Below are positions 7,891 to 17,784 of a stretch of DNA of 51,383 bases, piece after piece. The stretch is from a virus (Duplodnaviria; Caudoviricetes): the IMG/VR virus record IMGVR_UViG_3300037309_000103, positions 1 to 51,383 of that record; one strand, written 5' to 3'. The notes beneath the pieces were generated by a model, which had not been told where the DNA came from, made no database searches, and saw nothing but the letters and a program-made list of their open reading frames with translations. The translations under genes were made by a program, and so were the position numbers. How positions within the stretch are numbered: the stretch's first letter is position 1; every line of letters begins with the position of its first letter.

Positions 7891-9054
7891 TCAGGCCGCG
7901 GTCGTGACGCTGGTCCAGCCCGTCGTCCCGTTACTGTTCACGTAGAGCCGGGTGGACGTGCTGCTCCCGTCCGATCGGATGTAGAGACTGCCCTGCGCCG
8001 CCGAGATTGTCGGGGCACCCGACCCGAAGTAAACGCCGAACGCCCCGGCCCCCATCAGAAGTGCCGCGGCCCCACCGCCCGCCGTGGTCGCCTGGCCGCT
8101 TTGGGCGGTGTAGGTCCGAGGCGTGGTGACGACGCCTGTCCCGGTCCCGTTCAGCGTGATCGTGCCGCTACCCTTTGCGTCCACGGTCAGGTTTTCGTTG
8201 GTGCCGGACGAGATCGCCGCGATCGCGACTCCGCCCGCGGCCGCAGCCCCGGTCACCTTGACACCGGTCGCCACGCTCCCGGTGCTGGAGTCCACCTGGA
8301 GAACCGGGTTTGTCGCGCCGTTCGCGCCCACCGCAAGGGCGATGGCCGAGGCCGCAGTACCAGTCAACGCCCCCGTCACGCCTGTCGCCCGAGCCAGTGT
8401 GATCGCGCCCGTGGAGCTATTCCCGATCGAGATCGTCCCAGAGCCCTTCGCGTTGATCGTGAGGGCCTCGTTGGTGCCCGACGAGATGACAGCCAGGGCC
8501 ACGCCGCCCGCGGCTGCCGCGCCGGTCACCTTCAGGCCGGTCGCCGCGGAGCCGGTGCTGGCGTCGACCTGCAGTACGGGGTTCGTGGTGCCGTTCGGCC
8601 CGACCGCCAATGCGTTCGCGGAGGAGCTGGTGATCGCCTGCGGGGTCGATGCGATGGAGTTCGTCAGGGGGACGACGACGTTCGAGCCGAACGCGGCCGG
8701 CTGGGTGTTGATCTCGGCCAGCACGGTCCCGCTACCAAATGCCGACAGGTAAGCCCGCACGTTCGCGCACAGGTCCACGCCGGGGAACCGGAAAGCTGCG
8801 GCCGTGTTGTCTGTCAGTACGATCCCGCCGCCGTTGACCGGCTCGCCCGTCCGCACGTTGGTCCCGCCGAGCGGGAACCATGCGGACGAATTGCCCGGCA
8901 GCTTGCCCTCGACGACCAGCGTGCATCCGACAAACGCGCCGGACACGGCCACCGCGGCCGTCCCGTCCGGCCCGTACTGCGGGTTCTGGGAGGTCGGGGT
9001 GGACGCCCCGTTCGCTGCGCCCGTGGCGGTGATCGACACACTGTTGTAAGCCAT
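7891..9054 (-). CDS. Virion fibre/decoration protein with an internal duplication
   Basis: G/A/T/S-rich; two ~89-aa repeats (ALAVGxNGxTNPVLQVD...AKGSGTI); C-terminal GSGAP...GSLYIRSDG fibre motif. Confidence 0.7.
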   Translation of the reverse strand: MAYNSVSITATGAANGASTPTSQNPQYGPDGTAAVAVSGAFVGCTLVVEGKLPGNSSAWFPLGGTNVRTGEPVNGGGIVLTDNTAAAFRFPGVDLCANVRAYLSAFGSGTVLAEINTQPAAFGSNVVVPLTNSIASTPQAITSSSANALAVGPNGTTNPVLQVDASTGSAATGLKVTGAAAAGGVALAVISSGTNEALTINAKGSGTISIGNSSTGAITLARATGVTGALTGTAASAIALAVGANGATNPVLQVDSSTGSVATGVKVTGAAAAGGVAIAAISSGTNENLTVDAKGSGTITLNGTGTGVVTTPRTYTAQSGQATTAGGGAAALLMGAGAFGVYFGSGAPTISAAQGSLYIRSDGSSTSTRLYVNSNGTTGWTSVTTAA

Positions 9055-9089
9055 TGCCGGGCCTCGCTTGATCCGGGGGTGGGGAAGGG

Positions 9090-10226
9090 TCAGTAGTCGA
9101 CGCCGGCGGCGGCCGACCCGAACTGCACGACCGGGCCACCGTTGAAGCCCAGGTCGAACTCGTACCGGAACGGCATCTGCGAGTAGTACCGCAGTTGCAT
9201 GTAGATGCCCTCCGCCCAGGTCGTCTCTGGGCGGAACTTGGTCTTGTAGGGGTTCTCCGGCACGCCCTCGGGCGGGCTCACCCCCATGTTTCGGGTGAGG
9301 ACGAACTTGCCGAGCCGCTGACCCTTCGGCCGCACGCCCAGCCAGATCATCGCCTTGTCCGCGAGGAACAGGGTGAAGTTCGTCCGGGCCGTCGCGTCGG
9401 CCAGGGTCGGGAAGTACCCGCGGTCGTACGGCACGAGCCGGGGCAGTCCGGCCCCCTGGATCAACTCCTCGAGCTGGGATTCGGTCGTCAGGCTCGACCC
9501 GTACCGGTCCTTGTACGTGTCGTTGATTTCTTTCGTGTTGAACAGGTCGACGATCACGTTCGGGTGGCAGACGATCTTCGCGTCCTTGCCGAACCGCGAA
9601 CTCGTCCCCCGCTCCAGTTCGAGCTTGATGGCCCGCATGTCCTTGAGCGGCGTCGCCGTCGCCGGGCTCGTCCGCCACGACGGACCGAGCGTGAGCCCGG
9701 TCTTCGGCAGCGTTTGGCCCGCGATCGTGATCGTGCTGTAGTTCTCGATCCGGTCCGTGTGGACCGTTGACCCCGCCGCGTCCACGTTGGTGAACCGGCC
9801 CGTGCGAAGGAAGTCGCAGGTCGTCTGCCGGATTCGGTCAACAGACTTCTGAGCCTGGTACTGCGTGATTAGGCTAACCCGATCGTTGACTGCCATCGGC
9901 AGGTTCGGCGTCCCGAGTTCCCGCATCCGGGTCAACTGGACTTCGTCCAGGATCGCCCGCTCACCGTAGTAACCGGGAGCAACCATACTGGTTCGGGACC
10001 CTGGCACCACAACAACGTCGGGCTCGCCGCCCAACCCGCGGGCTGACAACAGGCCGTAGCCGTTCTCGCACTGATCCCACCGGAGGAGTTCGCTGTCCCC
10101 CTCGTACATGACCGGGACGGCTTCCAGGATCGGGTCCGGGCCGTCACCGCTCATTTCTTCGAGCATCAGTTCGGGCAGGATCATCTCGATCTGGTATGAC
10201 TGCGTCAGGTTGAGCGAGTCCGCCAT
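9090..10226 (-). CDS. Major capsid protein (lambda gpE-like)
   Basis: 378 aa, follows protease and decoration genes; WxxxxxATPLKDM motif typical of the gpE family. Confidence 0.75.
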   Translation of the reverse strand: MADSLNLTQSYQIEMILPELMLEEMSGDGPDPILEAVPVMYEGDSELLRWDQCENGYGLLSARGLGGEPDVVVVPGSRTSMVAPGYYGERAILDEVQLTRMRELGTPNLPMAVNDRVSLITQYQAQKSVDRIRQTTCDFLRTGRFTNVDAAGSTVHTDRIENYSTITIAGQTLPKTGLTLGPSWRTSPATATPLKDMRAIKLELERGTSSRFGKDAKIVCHPNVIVDLFNTKEINDTYKDRYGSSLTTESQLEELIQGAGLPRLVPYDRGYFPTLADATARTNFTLFLADKAMIWLGVRPKGQRLGKFVLTRNMGVSPPEGVPENPYKTKFRPETTWAEGIYMQLRYYSQMPFRYEFDLGFNGGPVVQFGSAAAGVDY

Positions 10227-10295
10227 GTCTGCGACCTCTCACGTGGAGCCGAGTAGGTGCCCGCCGAGCCGTTCGGTCCGGCCGGGCGAGTGGGG

Positions 10296-11015
10296 TTACA
10301 GGCCGAGGGCGATGACCGCCCCGGTTTGGTTGAATGCGGTCCCGAGCACGAGCCGGAACCCAGGGTCGGACACGGCGTTCGCGTCCAGACCGGTGAGGTC
10401 GGCCGCGTTGAAAAAGCCGGCGAAGTATGCGACGGGGGACGTCGCCTGGCACGTGCTGCCGATCTCCGTGACGTTGCCGCCGGCGGGATCGGACATGTAG
10501 TCGTACACGAGGATCGCCCGCGCCGGGTCAATCGTCCCGTCGAGATAGGCGTCGAACTGACCGATCCCGGACGAGCCGCGGGTGGTTCGCGCCCAGGCCG
10601 CGGTCCCGTTGGCCGACAGACCGAACAGTCCGCCGATCCGGGAGTTGGCCAGTTGCTGCTGGAAGGTCAGGATGTAGTTGGTGCCGGCGACGCCCGTCAC
10701 CGCCACGTTCCCCTCACCGAACACGGTCTGCCACGCCGTCTGGACTGCCGCCACCGTCGCGTTAATCGCGTGAGTGACGACGTAGACTTTGTCAGCGGTG
10801 AAGTAGGTGGTCAGGTCGCCGGTCGCGGTCCCGACGGTGAGCGTGGCGACCTCGGACTGCGCCGTCGCCCCGGCCGGAGCCAGCACGGTCCCTTTTGCGA
10901 ACCGGCCGCCCACCCCGGTCGGCCCGCCGTAAGGCAGCCGGACGGGGCGAGTGACAGCCATCTCCGGCGAGAAGGCCGGGCGGAGTGGTTCAAGGCTGAA
11001 CTGCCGAACGAGCAT
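10296..11015 (-). CDS. Head decoration protein
   Basis: Lies between scaffold and MCP; KGTVLA...Y.DG...ARAIL...AYFAGFF...L.GLD pattern with an inserted beta domain. Confidence 0.65.
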   Translation of the reverse strand: MLVRQFSLEPLRPAFSPEMAVTRPVRLPYGGPTGVGGRFAKGTVLAPAGATAQSEVATLTVGTATGDLTTYFTADKVYVVTHAINATVAAVQTAWQTVFGEGNVAVTGVAGTNYILTFQQQLANSRIGGLFGLSANGTAAWARTTRGSSGIGQFDAYLDGTIDPARAILVYDYMSDPAGGNVTEIGSTCQATSPVAYFAGFFNAADLTGLDANAVSDPGFRLVLGTAFNQTGAVIALGL

Positions 11016-11082
11016 GGCCGGTCTCCGGGCGGGTGTGCGAGCGAGTCTCTGGGACGATTCGGCTTCAAGCCGTCAGGCCGGG

Positions 11083-11712
11083 CTAGCTGGCCGCGAGCAG
11101 GCGGGCGGCGACCCGCGGATACACGGTCGCCATGTGCTTCACGACTTCGCGGGCGTTGGCGTTGAGGGCCGTGGCAGCAGGCTTGTCCACGACCTGGGCG
11201 CTGAACATTTTGTTGACGGGCATCGCCTCGATGCTGGCCTTCCACGCGGCGAACGCCTTCTCGCCGTCGCCGCTGACCTCGCCGTAGGTCTTCTTTTCGA
11301 GGGCGTTCATGCCGGCGAGCTTCAGGCCGAAGCGGAGGGCCGGGGCGTATCGTGTGGCGTTGGCGTCGAGGACCTGTTCGACCCGATCGCTGAACGCGGC
11401 GGTCTTCGCCTCCTCGGCCGTCTTCTGGTCGCTGACCTTCGCGGCCTCGACATCACCCATTCGCTTCGTGAGGTCGGACATGCAGGCCTTCATCTCGCTC
11501 ATGAACTTCGTCATGTCGTCGTTGGCCGGCGCGGGCTTCGGGTCGGGGGCCGGGTCGGACGCGAACTTCTTCTTCATGCTCGCGCTGAACGCCGCGGCCC
11601 CGCCGCCGAGCATCGCGTCGTAGCAGGCCCTGAGTCCCGCCTCGTCCATCGCGGCGATAGCGGCCTCGGGCAGCAAATCCTTCAGAGCCGCCTTCATCTC
11701 GTCCGGGGTCAT
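11083..11712 (-). CDS. Putative in-frame internal-start scaffolding protein (Mu gpZ-like)
   Basis: GGAG RBS just upstream of in-frame ATG (MTPDEMKAALKD) at the protease/scaffold boundary. Confidence 0.5.
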   Translation of the reverse strand: MTPDEMKAALKDLLPEAAIAAMDEAGLRACYDAMLGGGAAAFSASMKKKFASDPAPDPKPAPANDDMTKFMSEMKACMSDLTKRMGDVEAAKVSDQKTAEEAKTAAFSDRVEQVLDANATRYAPALRFGLKLAGMNALEKKTYGEVSGDGEKAFAAWKASIEAMPVNKMFSAQVVDKPAATALNANAREVVKHMATVYPRVAARLLAAS

Positions 11713-12324
11713 GATGGTCTCCGCTGAAAAGCACAGGACCGGATCACGGCCCCGCGTCACAGGTTTCGAGTCGCTGGACATCGTCGCGATGACTTCGCTC
11801 GGGACCGGCAGCGGGTCCCAGTTCGGGGGCACTTCCGTCCCGTCGGCGAACGTCGCCCGCGGTGGAGGAAGTCCCTTCACCTCGGGCGGTTCCTCCCCGA
11901 GGAAGGCGACCGCTTCGATCACCGGGCCGCTGATTCGCTTCGCGGCGTCCGCCGGGTCCGGGTAGTGCGGCTTCAACTCGACCGACCCCGCCAGATAACG
12001 CCCCGCGTTGATCATCCCGCCGAGCCAGGTCGGCACGTTGCCAATGTCGAGAACCAGGTTGCGGCCGTCTGTTGTCCGCACCCCGATGATCTCGCCGACG
12101 TTCGGCAGCCCGAGGCTCGTCGTCAGCCGGGCCTGCCGGTCGTGGCCCAGGGCGGCGACCGGTGTCAGGTGGCCGCGGAGCCGGGCGAAGTTCGCGACGA
12201 TCGCGTGGATCGCCGCCGGCGGATACAGCTCGCCCTTGTGCGTCCCGTTGGCGAACACCGGCCAGTCCCGCACTTCACACGTCGGCGGGAGGCTGTCGGC
12301 CGGTTGTGGCGTCCCCTCGGGCAT
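11083..12324 (-). CDS. Mu gpI-like prohead protease/scaffold
   Basis: VFANGTH, LGHD, GRYLAGSVEL, AVAFLGEEPPEVKGL; helical C-terminal half. Confidence 0.8.
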   Translation of the reverse strand: MPEGTPQPADSLPPTCEVRDWPVFANGTHKGELYPPAAIHAIVANFARLRGHLTPVAALGHDRQARLTTSLGLPNVGEIIGVRTTDGRNLVLDIGNVPTWLGGMINAGRYLAGSVELKPHYPDPADAAKRISGPVIEAVAFLGEEPPEVKGLPPPRATFADGTEVPPNWDPLPVPSEVIATMSSDSKPVTRGRDPVLCFSAETIMTPDEMKAALKDLLPEAAIAAMDEAGLRACYDAMLGGGAAAFSASMKKKFASDPAPDPKPAPANDDMTKFMSEMKACMSDLTKRMGDVEAAKVSDQKTAEEAKTAAFSDRVEQVLDANATRYAPALRFGLKLAGMNALEKKTYGEVSGDGEKAFAAWKASIEAMPVNKMFSAQVVDKPAATALNANAREVVKHMATVYPRVAARLLAAS

Positions 12325-12330
12325 GCGGGG

Positions 12331-12355
12331 ATTGTGCGGTCTCGGGTTGCCTGAC
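12331..12355 (-). promoter_or_regulatory. Late-type promoter for protease/capsid genes (likely leaderless)
   Basis: GTCAGGCAACC-N8-CACAAT-N6-ATG. Confidence 0.75.
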
Positions 12356-12435
12356 AGGTAAAAAGATTTGCCGAGTCACCTTCGATGGCAACAGACGAGT
12401 GTGTTCGTGCGGGGGATTTGGGGACGTGAGGCGAG

Positions 12436-12867
12436 TCAATACATGCCGGCGAGATGCGACACGAGGACCGACTCTTCCTGCCTCTTCCGTCGCCTCTTGG
12501 GTCGAGGCGATGAGATAAACAGCGACTCGGCTTCGCCCTGGAACAGGAGCCCGCCTGATGGGGTCGCGATGAACTTGCGGCGAAATACTTGCCGGGTCTT
12601 GCGGCGTAGCGACCAGCCTCCACCCCCGCCACGCAATGGGATTAGTGGCGGAGTCGGGTTCGGCACGAACGCAGTCGCCGCTGTACCGCCGAACGCGAGC
12701 CCGCCCGACCCGATATACGCGGGCGTGAACGATGTGGTGGCTGCGCCCGCAAAGACAATCCCGCCCGTGCCGATGTAGGAAAAGTGCGAGCCACCCCCGT
12801 TGGGACCAAACCAGTTGTTCGCGTCCCAGTTGGTCCCGGTCCAGTTCGACCCGTTCCAGTAGCTCAT
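12436..12867 (-). CDS. Virion-associated hypothetical protein
   Basis: W-x4-W repeats, Gly-rich middle, basic C-terminus; ATGA coupling. Confidence 0.55.
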   Translation of the reverse strand: MSYWNGSNWTGTNWDANNWFGPNGGGSHFSYIGTGGIVFAGAATTSFTPAYIGSGGLAFGGTAATAFVPNPTPPLIPLRGGGGGWSLRRKTRQVFRRKFIATPSGGLLFQGEAESLFISSPRPKRRRKRQEESVLVSHLAGMY

Positions 12868-13658
12868 GGGGTGTAGATCGCCGTAGTGCGGTTGCCGGCA
12901 CTATCTGCCACGCCGGTAATCACCGTTGTTGTCCCGTCGAGGTCCTTGAACACTGGACTACCCGGCCCGCCGCTCACCTTGCCCGAGGTCGCAGCCGCGA
13001 TAATGCGGAGCACGTCCTCCGCCGTGAACCCTGCCGTGATAAGCTTCGCCCAGACCGCTTCGCCCACGTTTGCCGTGGAGAGCCCTGTTCCCGTCACCAC
13101 GATATCCGCGGCCATCGAGAGTAGCCCTTTCAGGTCCGCCGTCAGCGTCCCCGACCCCGTCAAGTCCGCTTCGATCGACACGAGCAGGGAGAGCACGGCG
13201 GCGGACACAACCCCGCTCCCAGAGAGGGCAGCGGACAGCCCAGAGATCGCCTGCAATGTTGCCGACGAGATCGTGCCGCCACCCACGACATTCGCGGCAA
13301 ACTGCACGATCAGGGCGAGGCTGGCGGCGGAAATGGTCCCCGCCCCCGTGATCGCGGCGACCAGGTCTTTGCCGAGCGACAGACTCCCCAATGTCAATGT
13401 TCCCGACCCATTGACCGTGTTGTAAGCCGAGAACCCGCCGCCCTTAATCGCCATGACCCACGAGTAGGGGGGCTCGTACCCGTTGGGGAACGCGGCGGTG
13501 TCCGCAATGCTGCTGCCCGACACGACCGTCGCCGGCCCCGTGTAGAAGGCGAGTAAGTTCCGGTTCCATCGGCCCCGCTCGGACTGCTGGATGCCCGCGT
13601 TGCCGTAGCACTGGTGCGGACCGCCGCCAATCCGCACCCCGTTGCCGACGAGTGCCAT
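12864..13658 (-). CDS. Fibre-like structural protein
   Basis: Repeated A.ITGAGTI / A.LSGSG / ADLTGSGTL units. Confidence 0.6.
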   Translation of the reverse strand: MALVGNGVRIGGGPHQCYGNAGIQQSERGRWNRNLLAFYTGPATVVSGSSIADTAAFPNGYEPPYSWVMAIKGGGFSAYNTVNGSGTLTLGSLSLGKDLVAAITGAGTISAASLALIVQFAANVVGGGTISSATLQAISGLSAALSGSGVVSAAVLSLLVSIEADLTGSGTLTADLKGLLSMAADIVVTGTGLSTANVGEAVWAKLITAGFTAEDVLRIIAAATSGKVSGGPGSPVFKDLDGTTTVITGVADSAGNRTTAIYTP

Positions 13659-13659
13659 G

Positions 13660-14814
13660 TTAGCCACCCCATCCGAAATCGAGAGTGAAGTTGTGCGGTG
13701 AGTTGTTGGTCTCGGCCCCTGCTGTGAACAACAGCCACACCAGACACGCGCCGTCCTGTACCTGGGGCAAAGATGGGAGTTGGTTTACCAAATCTCGCTC
13801 GCTCCACATCCCTGTCACCGGCACTGCGATATCCAGCAGCGGTCGGCAAATACACAAGTTCAGGATGGGCGAGCCAGTATAAGCGGTTGCACCAAGTGTA
13901 AACGACTGGATGGACGCGATGCCTGTGTCTGCTCCTTGTTTGGGTAGAAAAGGCCCGTACCGGCCTGCGGCGTTGCCCGAATGGATAATCCGTGACTGAT
14001 ACGCATCAGCGGAGGCACCAGATGTTGGCGAGCCCTGAAACGCTCGCGCTGTTGTCAATGCTGAGTTTGTATAGCTCGACGCGGTCAAGGCCGGACCGCC
14101 GCCCCCTGATGGTGCGGTCTGGACCGAGAAGAACGCTTCGCAACCCACCCCGTTCGCATACCTCGGCATCTGAATGGTCATCGTGTGCGTACCGGAACCC
14201 GCGTCGGTGTACGCAATCACCGTGCCCGCAATGTAGTTCGCGTAACTCGTCGCCACTCGAGCCGTCGTCGAACTCACACGCACGAGCCAGTAGTCGGTCG
14301 CGAGCGATAGACCCGTCGGCAGCGTACCAGATGTGGTAAATCGCACCTTCGTGCCGCTGACGAAGTTGTTCGTGTATGTCAAAAGAAGACCAGAACTCGA
14401 AGACGCCGTGAACGTATTCGAGTTGATGAGTGTCCGCGAACTCGTGCTGATACTGTCCGCGGCGTTGAGGTAGTAATACCCCTGGAGGTCGACGAGTTTT
14501 AGTTGGAACGGCGCACCCGCCGCTGCGACGATGTTGGCCCCAACATTCAGAACGTGCTTCGTTGCGGGCAAGACCGGGCCGCCGTGCTGAATGCCGTTGA
14601 TGATAGTGCCGTTACCGCTGAACTCGTCGCAGTTTGTCCACAATAGCGTAGTCCCGACTGCGGTCGTCGCGTTCGGGTATCCCCCGTTATGCATGGTGTT
14701 GTGCCAACCGCCGGCGGTCGACGCGGGGTTGTTGATTTTGCTTCCGTCCCGGCGGAGGTATTTGCCGTTGACGGAGATTTGATTGACCATGTCGTCAACA
14801 CTTGTCCAGCCCAT
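13660..14814 (-). CDS. Structural/fibre protein (paralog of the 14814-15905 gene)
   Basis: PRYANGVG...GPFLPKQGADTGIASIQSFT...RPLL; inserted beta module VRFTTSGTLPTGL. Confidence 0.65.
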   Translation of the reverse strand: MGWTSVDDMVNQISVNGKYLRRDGSKINNPASTAGGWHNTMHNGGYPNATTAVGTTLLWTNCDEFSGNGTIINGIQHGGPVLPATKHVLNVGANIVAAAGAPFQLKLVDLQGYYYLNAADSISTSSRTLINSNTFTASSSSGLLLTYTNNFVSGTKVRFTTSGTLPTGLSLATDYWLVRVSSTTARVATSYANYIAGTVIAYTDAGSGTHTMTIQMPRYANGVGCEAFFSVQTAPSGGGGPALTASSYTNSALTTARAFQGSPTSGASADAYQSRIIHSGNAAGRYGPFLPKQGADTGIASIQSFTLGATAYTGSPILNLCICRPLLDIAVPVTGMWSERDLVNQLPSLPQVQDGACLVWLLFTAGAETNNSPHNFTLDFGWGG

Positions 14815-15905
14815 TATTCGCTCCAGGTGAAGGACGCACGTCCAACGAGCAATCCTGCCGCCACCGTCGCCGCACAGCTCATAATCAGGTTCAGATATGC
14901 CCCATCATAGATGCGAGGGAGTGCCATTTTCTCGCGAATCATCTCCACTTCCTTTGGTGTGCTCACCTCACGAATCCCACTGTTGAGCAATGGCTTCACG
15001 AGCACCAATGCAATCAACCCACCATTCGCAACCGTGAACGTCACACTCGTGATACTCCTCACACCCGTTGTTCCGTCCGCCAGCTTCAGGAAGGGACCCA
15101 CAGCATTCGCAACCGCTTGCTGACTCGTGCACAGTGTCCCAATGTTCGCCGCGGTCGTTCCGCAGCCCTGAGCAGGACTTGTCTTCGCGTTCCCGTCCTG
15201 GTCGATGTAATCGAACGTGAAGACCCCGCCGCCCACCGTCGGGGCCACGTTCACCGCCATCACCATCACGCCCTCGCCATCCGTGTAGCGGGGGAGCGTG
15301 GTGGTGTTGGCCATCGCCTGCGTGTCGAGGTCGTCACAATCCACGAACGGGTAGTACAGCAGGTAGTCGAGCAACATGTATTGCCCGACTAGTCCCGCGG
15401 TCGGGGTCACCAGCATCAACTCCCGAAGGTGCTTCGACCGGCCCGACGCAATCGAACCCGAGATTGTTTGAGCCGTCACCGTCTGCGAGGGGGATACTAT
15501 GTAGGTCCCGCCGCTGTTCTGCCCCGTGCCCGTCCCGAATGCGGTGATCGTCGTGCCCGGCGTGACGTTGGTTCCAGTTAGGACCATCCCGACTTCCCAC
15601 AAACCCGTGCCGTGCGCCGTGTCCGTGAACGTCGTACCCGAGATGTTGCCGCCCAACGATGCAGTCGTAGCCCGGTCCGTCTCCACCTCGTCGCCGGCCC
15701 AGATACCGCGGAACCCGTCTAGCACCGAAGCGACCAGCGGGGGCGATGCATAGTAGTTTGGCAGTGGATTGCCCGCCGCCATCGACACGTCGTACCAGTT
15801 GCCGGCAACGGTGGTCTGGCTCGGCACCTTCCGAAAATGCCCCGTGTGCGTCCGCCCCGCGAGCGTGCAGTCGGCGTAGCTGCGGATGTTGCGAAAGCCA
15901 GCCAC
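14814..15905 (-). CDS. Structural/fibre protein
   Basis: GTG start with GGAGG RBS; PRYTDGEGV...[20 protein letters not shown]...KPLL. Confidence 0.65.
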   Translation of the reverse strand: MAGFRNIRSYADCTLAGRTHTGHFRKVPSQTTVAGNWYDVSMAAGNPLPNYYASPPLVASVLDGFRGIWAGDEVETDRATTASLGGNISGTTFTDTAHGTGLWEVGMVLTGTNVTPGTTITAFGTGTGQNSGGTYIVSPSQTVTAQTISGSIASGRSKHLRELMLVTPTAGLVGQYMLLDYLLYYPFVDCDDLDTQAMANTTTLPRYTDGEGVMVMAVNVAPTVGGGVFTFDYIDQDGNAKTSPAQGCGTTAANIGTLCTSQQAVANAVGPFLKLADGTTGVRSITSVTFTVANGGLIALVLVKPLLNSGIREVSTPKEVEMIREKMALPRIYDGAYLNLIMSCAATVAAGLLVGRASFTWSE

Positions 15906-15907
15906 GC

Positions 15908-16114
15908 TTAACCTCCGAAGAGCTTGCACCACAGTCGAAGGAACTCGGCCTTGAGCCGAGCGACGCCTGTCACGCTTCCCGCCGCCCCGCCCTCGCCGTA
16001 ACAGACCGCTTCGCACGACGCGATGATGGCGCCGGTATGGTTGCAGGATCGGACTGGACCTTCTGGGGTAATCCGCACTCCAGAACCACACTCTTTGCAG
16101 TAGTAGCCGGTCAT
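15908..16114 (-). CDS. Small Cys-rich protein
   Basis: YYCKECG...RSCNH; tightly packed between neighbouring genes. Confidence 0.55.
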   Translation of the reverse strand: MTGYYCKECGSGVRITPEGPVRSCNHTGAIIASCEAVCYGEGGAAGSVTGVARLKAEFLRLWCKLFGG

Positions 16115-16115
16115 T

Positions 16116-16550
16116 TCAAGACTCCGTGACACTGAGGGCGCCCGCAGCGAACTGCGGCCGAATGCCCGCCGACACCGACCGCGATGCCGCGAGCGCGCCC
16201 GCGTACAGCACGAGTCCCGCCCCGCTGCTGGCCGTTCCGATCGCGACGTGCGTGATGACGTTAGCCCCACTCGAACACTCAGCGAACTGGGCGATCGCCG
16301 CGTTGTTCAGCGATCCACCGGACGGCACCGTCCACCCCGACGTTGTCCGCACCACCGCCAGACGAGCATACGCGCCGTAGGTCGCTTCGTTCGTCAACTG
16401 CGACCCGCCGACGCCAGGGTCCGCCGTGTGCAGAGAGAGGTAGAGACTGGTGGCGGGACTCGTGGAGTCGTTCTCCGCGATATCGTTCCAGGTCGTGGCG
16501 TTGAAGAGAAGCGCGAGGAGATTGTTGCAGGCAGTCGTAGATTTGGGCAT
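16116..16550 (-). CDS. Minor tail/fibre protein (Gp80-like)
   Basis: LYLSLHTADPG...NEATYGAYARLAV...ITHVAIG...PQFAAGAL. Confidence 0.7.
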   Translation of the reverse strand: MPKSTTACNNLLALLFNATTWNDIAENDSTSPATSLYLSLHTADPGVGGSQLTNEATYGAYARLAVVRTTSGWTVPSGGSLNNAAIAQFAECSSGANVITHVAIGTASSGAGLVLYAGALAASRSVSAGIRPQFAAGALSVTES

Positions 16551-16573
16551 GAGCCGCTCCCAGTGGTGGGGAC

Positions 16574-16598
16574 ATCTTCCCACCACTGGTTGCCTGAC
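16574..16598 (-). promoter_or_regulatory. Late-type promoter overlapping a hairpin
   Basis: GTCAGGCAACC-N8-GAAGAT; inverted repeat CCAGTGGTGGG/CCCACCACTGG at 16560-16589. Confidence 0.6.
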
Positions 16599-16997
16599 TC
16601 ATGATCCCGTAATGACCGGTGTCACCGTGACCGTGTCGCCAGCATTCGCCACGTTGTACGGCCCGTCGCCGAACCGCTCGGCCCAGAGCAGGTCACCACC
16701 CCCAGACCGCGTGACGTAGTACCCGTAGACGTTGCCAACGCCGCCCGAGAACGTCCATGTCTGAGCCGGGTAGATCGCCGTGGCCGGCCCGCTACCCGCG
16801 ATGGACCAGCTCGCACCTGCGAGCGTCTTCGCCGCGTACCCGCCGCCCGACACCTCGGTGTACGTCGCGTCGGTATCCGAATTCGATGGAGTCACATCGT
16901 TCGCGTAAATACGCAGGACTAGGTCGCTGGGCAACTCTTTGTTCACCATGTAGGCGAGTGCGATCTGCTCACCGACGCCGGGTACGACGAGTGCCAT
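16599..16997 (-). CDS. Minor structural protein (Gp80-related)
   Basis: LRIYANDVTP...TEVSGGGYAAKTL...VYGYYV...LLWAERF. Confidence 0.65.
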   Translation of the reverse strand: MALVVPGVGEQIALAYMVNKELPSDLVLRIYANDVTPSNSDTDATYTEVSGGGYAAKTLAGASWSIAGSGPATAIYPAQTWTFSGGVGNVYGYYVTRSGGGDLLWAERFGDGPYNVANAGDTVTVTPVITGS

Positions 16998-17506
16998 TAC
17001 TGCTCCGTCTCGATGGTCTTGACGCTGGTCATGTCCCCTTCACTGTTCCGCTCAATCGTGGTCTCCCGCGTCACCGGGCCACCCTTGACCACCGTAATCT
17101 GCGGGGGTGCGATATTGACCACAGGCGGGGCCACGTTGACATGGGGCGGGTTCACTGTGATGTTCGGAGTCGGATACTCGCGGGCTGCTAGCGCTGCCAC
17201 CGACTCGGCCAGTGCGGTAATCGCGGGGTCAGGCATCGGAGCGGGCGACGGCTCGTGGGACGCCAGGGCTGCCGCGACCGCTTCCCGCACGATCGACCCC
17301 ACGTCGGGGGTTTGCGGGGCAAAATCCTGCGAAAAGTGTTTCGACGGCGGGACGGGGCGATCTGGGCTGTTACGCCGGCTCGCCCCGGCGTCGATCAACC
17401 CCTTCAGCGCGGCGACCGCGCCCTGGTCGCCGTCGATCAACGCCTGGATGTACGCGGCTTCCAGGTCGACAGGCGAGTGATCGGGAGGCGGGGTTTCGGC
17501 TGGCAT
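16997..17506 (-). CDS. Pro-rich hypothetical head-associated protein
   Basis: GAGGA RBS; PNITVNPPHVNVAPPVVNIAPP repeats. Confidence 0.6.
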   Translation of the reverse strand: MPAETPPPDHSPVDLEAAYIQALIDGDQGAVAALKGLIDAGASRRNSPDRPVPPSKHFSQDFAPQTPDVGSIVREAVAAALASHEPSPAPMPDPAITALAESVAALAAREYPTPNITVNPPHVNVAPPVVNIAPPQITVVKGGPVTRETTIERNSEGDMTSVKTIETEQ

Positions 17507-17513
17507 GGGTTCC

Positions 17514-17780
17514 TCAGTACACGACGTTCGGTGGATCGGCGGACGGCTGTTTCGACTCCCCGCGGTACCCGTACTTCGTCGAGGCAATCTCCATCATCGA
17601 GTAGCCCATTCCCGGCTGGGCGGGATACTCGTCGGGGAAGGCCGGCACCGTGACCCGCAGGACCGCGGCGAACAGCGATTGTTCGGGGTCTTCCGGGTTG
17701 GCCGGCTGCCAGTCGAGCTCGTCCGTCAGAATCGCGAAAGGCTGCCCGTTTGCGTCGATCAGCCGGCCGAAAATGCCCAT
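17514..17780 (-). CDS. Small acidic protein, candidate immunity/partner of the portal C-terminal domain
   Basis: 88 aa, starts 4 nt after the portal-fusion stop, GAGGT RBS. Confidence 0.55.
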   Translation of the reverse strand: MGIFGRLIDANGQPFAILTDELDWQPANPEDPEQSLFAAVLRVTVPAFPDEYPAQPGMGYSMMEIASTKYGYRGESKQPSADPPNVVY

Positions 17781-17784
17781 GTGC

